A stretch of 64,000 nucleotides of DNA from positions 400,699-464,698 of the forward strand of contig AP026679.1 in NCBI GenBank assembly GCA_025999155.1, written 5' to 3'. The DNA is from Candidatus Dojkabacteria bacterium. Lineage in GTDB: Bacteria > Patescibacteriota > Dojkabacteria > JAOAGR01. The position numbers were made by a program, and so were the translations under genes. Every line of letters starts with the position of its first letter. The stretch's first letter is position 1. The notes under the pieces are model-generated. The model did no database searches and had not been told where the DNA came from. It saw only the letters and a program-made list of their open reading frames with translations. Positions 1-8,536 of the stretch are shown one piece after another.

Positions 1-1
1 G

Positions 2-523
2 ATGTCAAATAATGGATTGCAAGAGGTAAATAATTTAGAATGGTTTTTTATTGACAACTTAAAGTGTGAAGAAGGTCTTGCTTACAGTATTTACAATGAA
101 GGATCCGTCTATTTTATCATCGAAGTTCAAGCTTTATGTATAAAGACATCTTTTACTTATCCTAAAAGAATCTCAAACGGATACGATGCAAAAAGATTAG
201 AAATGTTGATAGCGATATTAAGTAAAAAATTAGGCCTTCCTTTAGAAAATTGTGATATTTACGTAAACATTGTAGGAGGCATTAAAATCACAGATACAAG
301 TGCCGATTTAGCTGTTGCTGCAGCAATAATTTCTTCTTTTCAAAACAAACCATTAGCTGATAAACCATGTTTTATTGGGGAAATAAGTCTTACTGGCGAA
401 GTAAGAAAAATTCACAAACAAACAGAAAAAATTAAAAAAGCGAAAGAATACGGCTTCAAAAAAATATACTATGATAAAGTAATGCCAAATATCAAACTCT
501 TATTAGAACACAACACGTTATAA
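2..523 (+). CDS. radA: DNA repair protein RadA/Sms, C-terminal part (gene begins before the window)
   Basis: Lon-like C-terminal motifs of RadA: IEVQAL, GYDAKRLEMLIAIL, DIYVNIVGGIKI, ADLAVAAAIISS, GEISLTGEVR. Confidence 0.9.
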   Translation: MSNNGLQEVNNLEWFFIDNLKCEEGLAYSIYNEGSVYFIIEVQALCIKTSFTYPKRISNGYDAKRLEMLIAILSKKLGLPLENCDIYVNIVGGIKITDTSADLAVAAAIISSFQNKPLADKPCFIGEISLTGEVRKIHKQTEKIKKAKEYGFKKIYYDKVMPNIKLLLEHNTL

Positions 524-571
524 ATTGACCAGATGACTCAGTATTTTTGATAAACAATTTTACTAAAATCG

Positions 572-1270
572 TTAGTAATTATTAGTATGGCATATATTTT
601 CTGGTCGTGTTTCAGAAGGATTAAATAATCTAAAATCACGGACTGGCCATATTACAACAACCACACGTCCCTTAATGGTATTAACACTAGGATCTATCGA
701 TAGAAAGAATCTCGAATCGGCGCTCTGTCTCCTATTATCGCCTAATACAAATAAGTGTCCAGAAGGAACTATATATTCTTCTCCTTCTACCATTTTTGCT
801 CCGGAAGGCAACTCCGTAAGACGATTGACCGGTAAATAACTTTCATTCAATAATTCTCCGTTTCTGTATACTTTTCCCTCCTCAATCTTTATTCGATCTC
901 CTCCTAGTCCTATGACTCTTTTAATATAATCCTCATTATCATTTTTCTTGAATATAATTACATCACCATAAGTATAACCACGAAATAATGGAGTCAATTT
1001 ATCAGCTAATATGACATCTCCTCTACAAAAATTAGGTTCCATAGAAGGTCCTTCAATAGTATGAGGGGATACAATAAATAAATGAAACACAATAAATATT
1101 GCCAATGAAACAATCAAAACCTGAACAGAATCCAAAAACCACATAACTATACTTCCGATAAAAGCCACAAAAGGGCCCTTCCCAACAAAAAAATTAGCTA
1201 AACTAGTCTCATTTTCATCTGAAAGCAATAACCTTTTTAATCTTTCAGTGTCAACCCTGTGAATATTCAT
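572..1270 (-). CDS. lepB: Signal peptidase I
   Basis: S26 motifs GPSMEP (catalytic Ser), YIKRVIG (Lys), GDNRRQSADSR; N-terminal TM segment. Confidence 0.95.
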   Translation of the reverse strand: MNIHRVDTERLKRLLLSDENETSLANFFVGKGPFVAFIGSIVMWFLDSVQVLIVSLAIFIVFHLFIVSPHTIEGPSMEPNFCRGDVILADKLTPLFRGYTYGDVIIFKKNDNEDYIKRVIGLGGDRIKIEEGKVYRNGELLNESYLPVNRLTELPSGAKMVEGEEYIVPSGHLFVLGDNRRQSADSRFFLSIDPSVNTIKGRVVVVIWPVRDFRLFNPSETRPENICHTNNY

Positions 1271-1422
1271 GAATAACTAGAATTTAACATGAAAATCAAA
1301 AAAAAAGAAACATCGTGCGCTATAACTAGCTATTTTCTATAAATTACTTCTAAATCGAAAAAAGAATTTAGAAGGCAACTTTACTATAAATTTGGATAGA
1401 TCAGAGAGAGATGCTCAACACA

Positions 1423-2658
1423 TCATAAACTTTGCTCGATCTGCAACAACCGATTGAGCTTAGAATTATATTCTGATCCTTTATAGTACCCTGTTCTAAT
1501 GTATTCTGCTCCTAACCCTACACTTAAGTCAACTATAAAAGTATCTTCAGTCTCTCCATATCTATATGAACCAGTTAAATTCAGTCCATGTTTTCGAGCA
1601 CGTAAAGCGAAATATATAATTTCCGTAACAGTACCTATTTGCGTAGGTTTGAAAACGATATTATTTGCAGACTCAAGTAAAGCAACTTTTTCAAGCCTCT
1701 CTAAATTTGTAGCTGTAAGATCATCTGAAACTATTTGCATATTTTGTCTAATATCAGATGTCTGATCAATCAGCTCTTTCCATGCATAATAATCATCTTC
1801 TGCATAAAAATCTTCCAAAAAACTTAAACGAGTATTTCTAATAATATCCAAATACTTAGACAATAAAGCATGAGGTTCGCCATTGAAATTAGTATGATTT
1901 CTTGTCAAATTAGGAATTACATAATTATTATTATCGGATCTTTTGTACCGTGAAGCAGCCATATCTACACCTAAATCTAACTTTACTTTTGATCGAGTAA
2001 TCTGTTTAGTAAGATCCTCTAAGAACGTTTTTAAATTATGACGAGTATCATCTAGATCGAGTGTTTGAATAAATTTGAAAATCTGTATGAGATGCTTTTG
2101 ATAATCAAAACCATTCTTAGGAAAAATCAGCACTTCTTGTGCAGGGAGAATGTTTTGAGTACTATGTGAAGCAGATCTGTATATTGTAATGACAGGTATA
2201 GGTAAGCGATATTCAGAGTGAAGTTTGAAATTCGAACGATCGGAATAGTCGTGTAATACACGAATATATTTAAATAGAGGCAAATCTGACTCTAAAGCAC
2301 CCAATTTAGCGATAGTTTGGGATATAGCTGTAATTGTGTATATGCCTAAGCGATTACGCTCTATTGAATCATCAATTTTCAACAGAAGTTCATCCAAATG
2401 CTCCTGATCCATCGCATTTTGTCCTACTAACTCAGGAGCCACAATACGATGAATACTATCAATAATCATCGTTAAATTCTCTTCTTTAAGCCTTTTGATA
2501 TCGTGATCATATACATCCCTAAATTCATATTTGCTTTTGGTTGCAGCTATGGGAACCGAAGAAACAGCAGTATTACGATGAGTTGATATTTCTACTTCAA
2601 GAGTTGGTATACCTTGTGAATTAATAATTTGTCTTGCTTTAACAGATTTTATTCTCAT
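1423..2658 (-). CDS. eno: Enolase-like protein, strongly degenerate active site
   Basis: ARQIINSQGIPTLEVEI, KPTQIGTVTE, GETED and K(L)NRLLQIE match enolase; the GDEGG, SGASTG and HRS motifs are lost or altered. Confidence 0.8.
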   Translation of the reverse strand: MRIKSVKARQIINSQGIPTLEVEISTHRNTAVSSVPIAATKSKYEFRDVYDHDIKRLKEENLTMIIDSIHRIVAPELVGQNAMDQEHLDELLLKIDDSIERNRLGIYTITAISQTIAKLGALESDLPLFKYIRVLHDYSDRSNFKLHSEYRLPIPVITIYRSASHSTQNILPAQEVLIFPKNGFDYQKHLIQIFKFIQTLDLDDTRHNLKTFLEDLTKQITRSKVKLDLGVDMAASRYKRSDNNNYVIPNLTRNHTNFNGEPHALLSKYLDIIRNTRLSFLEDFYAEDDYYAWKELIDQTSDIRQNMQIVSDDLTATNLERLEKVALLESANNIVFKPTQIGTVTEIIYFALRARKHGLNLTGSYRYGETEDTFIVDLSVGLGAEYIRTGYYKGSEYNSKLNRLLQIEQSL

Positions 2659-3032
2659 TTTTCGTTATTTTCATAATAACGAATGAAGAAAATAATTCAA
2701 CTTTTTCTTATAGTATCTTATATAAAGATACCATTCTATACAATGTTGCACACAACGAGAATGATAGTGCTAAATCAAATATGCACTCAAGATTTTCAAA
2801 CTAATCATGTTAAAAAATCAACAAGTATGGGTGAATTTCAATGAATTAATAACAAACCGTATGTAAGAGTTATGGCAGAGATACGAATAGCGTTTACTAT
2901 GTATTAATTTCTTTAAATCAATTTTAGATAAACATAAATAAAAAATTCTCTTTTAAAATAAAAGAAAAACAAAAGACTCTAAAACACGTGAGATATACAA
3001 AATAATTCGAAGATAGAAACTACGAAAATAGC

Positions 3033-3329
3033 TCACTCAGGATAAACTCTTTTCCACTCACCATTTTCTTCGATCTCAACAATGATGGCGAGAACAGGAC
3101 ATACTTTTGCGGAATCAAGAACTCTCTCATAAATTTGTTCTTCACTCTCAACGACTACCCAATCACCATCCCTCGCTAATTCTCTTAAAGTTTCCAAAGT
3201 TACTTCTTTTTTTACTACAGCTTTACCCGATTCATCTAATTCGTAAATATTTGGCTCAGCTAATATACACGCCATTGCCGGGATGCACAAATCGCGATCT
3301 ACTTTGAATCTGTACTTTATCTTTGCCAT
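3033..3329 (-). CDS. Single-cluster ferredoxin, probably [3Fe-4S]
   Basis: VDRDLCIPAMACI...AKVCPVLAI: CxxAxxC...CP pattern. Confidence 0.85.
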   Translation of the reverse strand: MAKIKYRFKVDRDLCIPAMACILAEPNIYELDESGKAVVKKEVTLETLRELARDGDWVVVESEEQIYERVLDSAKVCPVLAIIVEIEENGEWKRVYPE

Positions 3330-3651
3330 CGGATGAAATTATACACTAATTGGTTAAAATTCACAGACTGCGAATGCATACAACTGCCTAAAAAAGAGTG
3401 AATTATCATAATCGCCTATTAGTATATAAAAAATGGTATTAATAAAAGGACACAAGAGAAATTAATCATTGACATTTTAGTCATAAAATTAGCGTTATTT
3501 AATTCATGCTATGTAACTCGTCAATTTTTATAATTATTTGTTAGCGATACGAATCGAAACATATAAAACAAAAAACTTTAATTCAGTACAGTCAATTAGA
3601 TACATGAATCCATAGTGAAATTTATTCTGATTCAAATTATTAAGCTGAATC

Positions 3652-4452
3652 TTAAAATGTTAACAAATACAATAATTCTTCAAACATCACGCTAATTGGA
3701 TCAAATATGTCTTTCAATTCATGAGGAAAAACTATGCCAAATGCAAGGACTGGCAAAAGAAAAACTCCTAGAGGTACTGCTGTTTTCGTACTTAATTTTC
3801 TAGTAATTAGAAGAGGAAGTAAAACAACAGTAGCAAGCATATATGAAAACATAATAGAGTACAAAGCATGAGGCCATCCAAAATATATTCCTATAATCAC
3901 ACCCAATCGTAAATCTCCCTCCCCGATACCTTTACCTTTGGTAAGTAGGTATTGTATTGCAAAAAATGAAAACCCGAACACAACTCCTATCAACATATTT
4001 ACAAAATCAAAGGATCCACTAAAAACTAAATAAATGACTCCAAGGATCATCAACACAAAATTAAATAATTCAGGTAATTCCATATATAACAAATCACTAA
4101 TAAAATCACCCAAAATAAACCATAAAATAAAAAATATTAGCAGTGCGTAAACACTGTACCCAAATAATAAAACAGAAAAAACAGCAACAATACCGCACAA
4201 TAATTCAACAATTGGATATTGAATAGATATTTTAGATCCACAATGTCTACACATTCCTTTTTGCAGGATAAAGCTCAAAATAGGGATTAGTTCGATGGGG
4301 GATAATGTTTTATTGCAACTCATACAATGACTACGTCCTATCCACCAAGGCATATCTAGATGAATACGAATTATTAAAACATTCAAAAAACTACCCATTA
4401 TTGATCCGAAAATAAAAACAAAGCTGTAAAAAAATATATCTAGAAGTGTCAT
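3652..4452 (-). CDS. pilD: Prepilin peptidase (A24A)
   Basis: GSFLNVLIIR, RSHCMSC...CRHC zinc motif, GIGEGD aspartate motif, multiple TM helices. Confidence 0.93.
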   Translation of the reverse strand: MTLLDIFFYSFVFIFGSIMGSFLNVLIIRIHLDMPWWIGRSHCMSCNKTLSPIELIPILSFILQKGMCRHCGSKISIQYPIVELLCGIVAVFSVLLFGYSVYALLIFFILWFILGDFISDLLYMELPELFNFVLMILGVIYLVFSGSFDFVNMLIGVVFGFSFFAIQYLLTKGKGIGEGDLRLGVIIGIYFGWPHALYSIMFSYMLATVVLLPLLITRKLSTKTAVPLGVFLLPVLAFGIVFPHELKDIFDPISVMFEELLYLLTF

Positions 4453-4664
4453 ATATTTTTGATATTAAATAAATTTATAGTTATACTAAGCTAAATGGTA
4501 AATTCGCTCAACCCAGACTAACACAATTTTAAAAAAATTAATATTTTAATATACATTTAACGACAAAAATCTTATTTCCGACCATTCCACAACAAACAAG
4601 AAATACTTTTATCAAGTTAGTATTATATGACAAAATGAAGTTGTTACAGTATTATTTGATAGTA

Positions 4665-7184
4665 TTATTTTATAAGAATATTATTTCTTATTTTGTCAAT
4701 CTCCTGCTCTAAAAGTCTAATGTAAAGCTCATATCCCACAGCATTAATATGACCACTTTGTTCAGAGCCTAGAATATTACCCGATCCTCTTATTTCCAAA
4801 TCTCTTGATGCAATTTTAAACCCAGCCCCCAACTCTTGATTCTGTATAATAGCCTCAATACGAGAAACAGCATCTGGAGTGATCCATTCATCTTCGATTT
4901 TATTTTCTTCCAGAAGATTCTTTAATTGTAACAACTCTTTTGTAGGATTTTTGTGTAATTTAATAAACTCTTTTGTTTTTGGCAATACTAAATAGCAATG
5001 TGACTGTGTAGAACTTCTGCCTACACGACCCCGCAATTGATAAAGCTGCGCAAGCCCAAATTGATGAGCTTCATCAATAATAATTGTATTAACAGTCGGT
5101 ATATCTAAACCATTTTCGATAATAGTTGTGGCGATCATTACGTCATATTTTTTATTCATAAAAGCTAACATGATTTTTTCAAGTTTGTCTGAAATCATTT
5201 GACCATGACCAATACATATCTTAGTACCGGGGGGTAATTGCTGAGTTATCTCATTTGCGAATGTATCAATATCCTCGACTTTATTATGGACTACAAAAAC
5301 TTGTCCCTCTCTATCTAATTCAAACTTGATTTTTTCAGGAATTTCATCTTTAAAGATAATTTCAGTATGCACAGGTAATCTTCCCTTTGGAGGAGTTGCA
5401 ATTATACTTATATCCTTGATACCAGTAAGAGCCATTTGCAAAGTCCTCGGAATAGGTGTAGCAGACATAGATAACACATCCAGACTTGCTCGGAGTTTGC
5501 GAATCTTTTCCTTTTGTCGTACACCAAATCTCTGCTCCTCATCAATAATCAATAAACCTAAATTTGGAACTTCAACGTCTTTTGACAATAATCTATGAGT
5601 ACCTATCAAAATATCAATTTTACCTTCTTTGGCTAGCATCAGATTTTCTTTATTAGCCTTTGCTCCGTCAAAACGGGAGACTCTAGCAACTTTCACAGGA
5701 TAATTTTTAAAACGCTGTGAAAATACATTATAAAGTTGAGATACGAGTACGGTTGTAGGGGCAAGTACCATTACTTGTTTTTTTGATAATACAGCTTTTA
5801 ACGCGGCTCTCAATGCAATTTCTGTCTTCCCGAAACCTACATCTCCAATAATAAGCCTATCCATTGGCTTTGGTGATTCCATGTCTGACTTCACTTCATT
5901 TAAAGTCTTGATCTGATCTTCTGTAAGTTGAAATTCACATTCTGTTTCAAATTTTTCTTGTAATTCGCTATCTTTTTCAAATTCAATACCTTTTTCAATC
6001 GTTTTTTTAGCATAAATTTCAATTAATTCTTTTGCTATTTCTTCTACATTCTTTTTCAATTTTTTACGGATGCTATCCCATTCAGTAGTACCTAATTTTG
6101 TTAATTTTGGTATATGTCCTTCTACAGATACATATTTTGATATTCTGGACAATTGAGACAAAGGTACTAATAAACTATCTCCGTCAAGGTATTCTATGAC
6201 TACATAATCATTTGCATTTCCCAAAACTACTTTTGTCTCAATACCTTTATAAATACCTATTCCATGAGATTCATGGACCACGTAATCATTTATATTTATT
6301 TCATGATCGAAAAATTTATTAAACTTGGAATATTTGGATTGCTTAAATGGTTTTAAATTTAAAGTGCTTAAAGCTTCATAATCCGTCATTACAATAGTCC
6401 GAGATTTCTTTTCAATAAAACCTTTTTCAAGAGTAAAAGGTAATTCAATGTGTTGAATCTGTATACCTAAATCATTTTTGATAAAACTTTCCGGTAAATT
6501 TTTGTATAAACGACCTACATAATATATAGAAAAATCGGAATAATCTTTTAAAAATCTATTAAAAACCTGCCCGTTTCTATGAAAAAGTGGCAAATAACTT
6601 AACTCCAATTCATCAACAGTATTTGGTTTACTAAATCCATGTAATTCAATTTTGTTTTGTGTGAAAATAAAAGGTTTAATTGAAAATTTGTTATATTCTC
6701 CTATGACTTCAGGGATAAAATTAGTTTTATCTGGGTTAATATTCAAAATGATAGCATTATCGAGTAACTTGATAAGTCGTAAATTTACAGGATCTATTAA
6801 AACAATCTTTTCTACTACATCATCAAAAAATTCTATTCTATAAACTAAATCAGCAATATTTGAGAATAGAGTAACAACATCGCCTTTTACAGAGTACTGC
6901 ATTTGATCATATACTCTCTCAACACGTAAATAGTTGAACTCGGATAATTTGCTTATCAGGCTACTTAGGCTAAGTTTTTGATCTTTTGAGATAACGAATA
7001 TATCAAGCTCAGGATGAATAAACTGATCTGGTAGAAGTATTTGATTCTTTTTAGAAAGATTTGCAAGAAAGTACAAATACAACCTTGCAAAATCTACAGC
7101 CTGAAATTCCAATAATGTAGCAACATTAATATCGATACCGAAAGTTTTATGATCAAAAATCCTTGTTAAAAAATCATTCAACAC
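4665..7184 (-). CDS. mfd: Transcription-repair coupling factor, shortened
   Basis: RID (VVHESHGIGIY), GDVGFGKTE, DEEQRFG, QLRGRVGRS, DLEIRGSGNILGSEQSGHI; ends soon after the TRG motif. Confidence 0.93.
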   Translation of the reverse strand: MLNDFLTRIFDHKTFGIDINVATLLEFQAVDFARLYLYFLANLSKKNQILLPDQFIHPELDIFVISKDQKLSLSSLISKLSEFNYLRVERVYDQMQYSVKGDVVTLFSNIADLVYRIEFFDDVVEKIVLIDPVNLRLIKLLDNAIILNINPDKTNFIPEVIGEYNKFSIKPFIFTQNKIELHGFSKPNTVDELELSYLPLFHRNGQVFNRFLKDYSDFSIYYVGRLYKNLPESFIKNDLGIQIQHIELPFTLEKGFIEKKSRTIVMTDYEALSTLNLKPFKQSKYSKFNKFFDHEININDYVVHESHGIGIYKGIETKVVLGNANDYVVIEYLDGDSLLVPLSQLSRISKYVSVEGHIPKLTKLGTTEWDSIRKKLKKNVEEIAKELIEIYAKKTIEKGIEFEKDSELQEKFETECEFQLTEDQIKTLNEVKSDMESPKPMDRLIIGDVGFGKTEIALRAALKAVLSKKQVMVLAPTTVLVSQLYNVFSQRFKNYPVKVARVSRFDGAKANKENLMLAKEGKIDILIGTHRLLSKDVEVPNLGLLIIDEEQRFGVRQKEKIRKLRASLDVLSMSATPIPRTLQMALTGIKDISIIATPPKGRLPVHTEIIFKDEIPEKIKFELDREGQVFVVHNKVEDIDTFANEITQQLPPGTKICIGHGQMISDKLEKIMLAFMNKKYDVMIATTIIENGLDIPTVNTIIIDEAHQFGLAQLYQLRGRVGRSSTQSHCYLVLPKTKEFIKLHKNPTKELLQLKNLLEENKIEDEWITPDAVSRIEAIIQNQELGAGFKIASRDLEIRGSGNILGSEQSGHINAVGYELYIRLLEQEIDKIRNNILIK

Positions 7185-7249
7185 GCGCTAATGATAACAT
7201 AAGACAATTTAAAGAGATAAATCTAAACGAATATTAGCAGAGTAAAATA

Positions 7250-7510
7250 TTGACTAAACAAGTACATGTAATACAATTATAAGTCAAGAGAAAAAGGCAT
7301 TTGGTGCGAGCCTTTTACCTCAGATTCCGAGGCAAAGGAATCGAATTTCAACAACAAAATATTTAAACAAAGGGCCCTGTATATAACACAGGGAATAGGG
7401 GTGGTAACACCGTTGAGTTTTATAATGGATAATGTAGCCGATCATGTTTCAATGGTCCCTAGATTCAGGCTTAATTTATTTAATCCTGAATCTAGGGATT
7501 TTTTATTTTA
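7250..7510 (+). promoter_or_regulatory. T-box riboswitch (Phe specifier) upstream of pheST
   Basis: AGAGA box (7287) and GGTGCGA loop (7303-7309); GAA-T-TTC specifier (TTC 7347-7349); stem III CCCTGT/ACAGGG; T-box AATAGGGGTGGTAACACCG (7394-7412) can pair with TCAATGGTCCCTA. Confidence 0.85.
7456..7509 (+). terminator. Intrinsic terminator (attenuator) of the T-box leader
   Basis: 14-bp perfect stem TCCCTAGATTCAGG/CCTGAATCTAGGGA followed by a T tract. Confidence 0.88.
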
Positions 7511-7519
7511 TACAAACAA

Positions 7520-8503
7520 ATGCTCGACAAAATAGAAAAAATAAAAAAGAATTTTGAATACGATCTACAATCAGACATAAATGCTACCGAACTAAAACGT
7601 AAATACTTAAGTAAAAACTCTGAGCTTTATGCGATACTTAGTAATATAAAAAATCTACCACCTGAAGAACGAAAACATGTAGGATTACAGGTTAATGAGC
7701 TTAAAGATTATATTACTTCAGTAATAGAGCAACGTAGCGGTCACAATATTACAAAGACTTCGTATTCTCACATAGACGTTACTTTGCCAGGCAAAAGACA
7801 CAAACTTGGTACCTACCATCCCAATACATTAATAGCACGCGAAATGAATAATATTTTTAAGTCATTAGGATTTTCTGTGTATGCTGGACCTGAGATAGAA
7901 ACCGACGAATATGTCTTTGAAAAATTAAACTTGCCAAAGCATCATCCTGCAAGATCTCTCCAAGACACTCTAATTATAGAAGATCCGGAAATCATATTAC
8001 GTTCACACACATCTTCTGTAGAAATTCGTGCAATGGAAAACGAAAAACTTCCATTGCGTATTGTAGTACCAGGTAGAGCTTTTCGATATGAGGATTTGAA
8101 TCAAACAAATCACTTCGCTTTTTATCAGTATGAAGGACTAGCTGTCGGTAAAAATATTACAATGGCTGATCTGAAAGGAACTTTTGAAATTTTTGCGAAA
8201 ATGTTTTGGGGACCAGAAACACAAATTCGCATTAGAGCTAAATACTATCCACAAGTTGAGCCCGGATGTGGACTTGATGTGTTGTGTGGTTTTTGCCATG
8301 GTAAAGGATGCCCTGTGTGTAAAAGAAGAGGTTGGATAGAAATTGCAGGGGGGGGAATGGTCCATCCGAATGCATTAAGATCTGTAGGAATCGATCCAAA
8401 TATATACTCAGGGTTTGCCTTTGGAATAGGATTTGATAGGACAGTTATGCAAAAATATAAAATCGACGATATCAGAAAACTATACGATGGAACCCTTTAT
8501 TGA
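7520..8503 (+). CDS. pheS: Phenylalanine-tRNA ligase alpha subunit
   Basis: HHPARSLQDT, LRSHTSSV, PGRAFR, YYPQVEP, GFAFGIGFDR. Confidence 0.97.
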   Translation: MLDKIEKIKKNFEYDLQSDINATELKRKYLSKNSELYAILSNIKNLPPEERKHVGLQVNELKDYITSVIEQRSGHNITKTSYSHIDVTLPGKRHKLGTYHPNTLIAREMNNIFKSLGFSVYAGPEIETDEYVFEKLNLPKHHPARSLQDTLIIEDPEIILRSHTSSVEIRAMENEKLPLRIVVPGRAFRYEDLNQTNHFAFYQYEGLAVGKNITMADLKGTFEIFAKMFWGPETQIRIRAKYYPQVEPGCGLDVLCGFCHGKGCPVCKRRGWIEIAGGGMVHPNALRSVGIDPNIYSGFAFGIGFDRTVMQKYKIDDIRKLYDGTLY

Positions 8504-8536
8504 CCTATTTTTAATTATTTTTGAAATTTACAAATT

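Noticed and set aside
8280-8325. CxxCxxxxCxxC motif in PheS
   Set aside because: Known zinc-binding insert found in many bacterial PheS proteins
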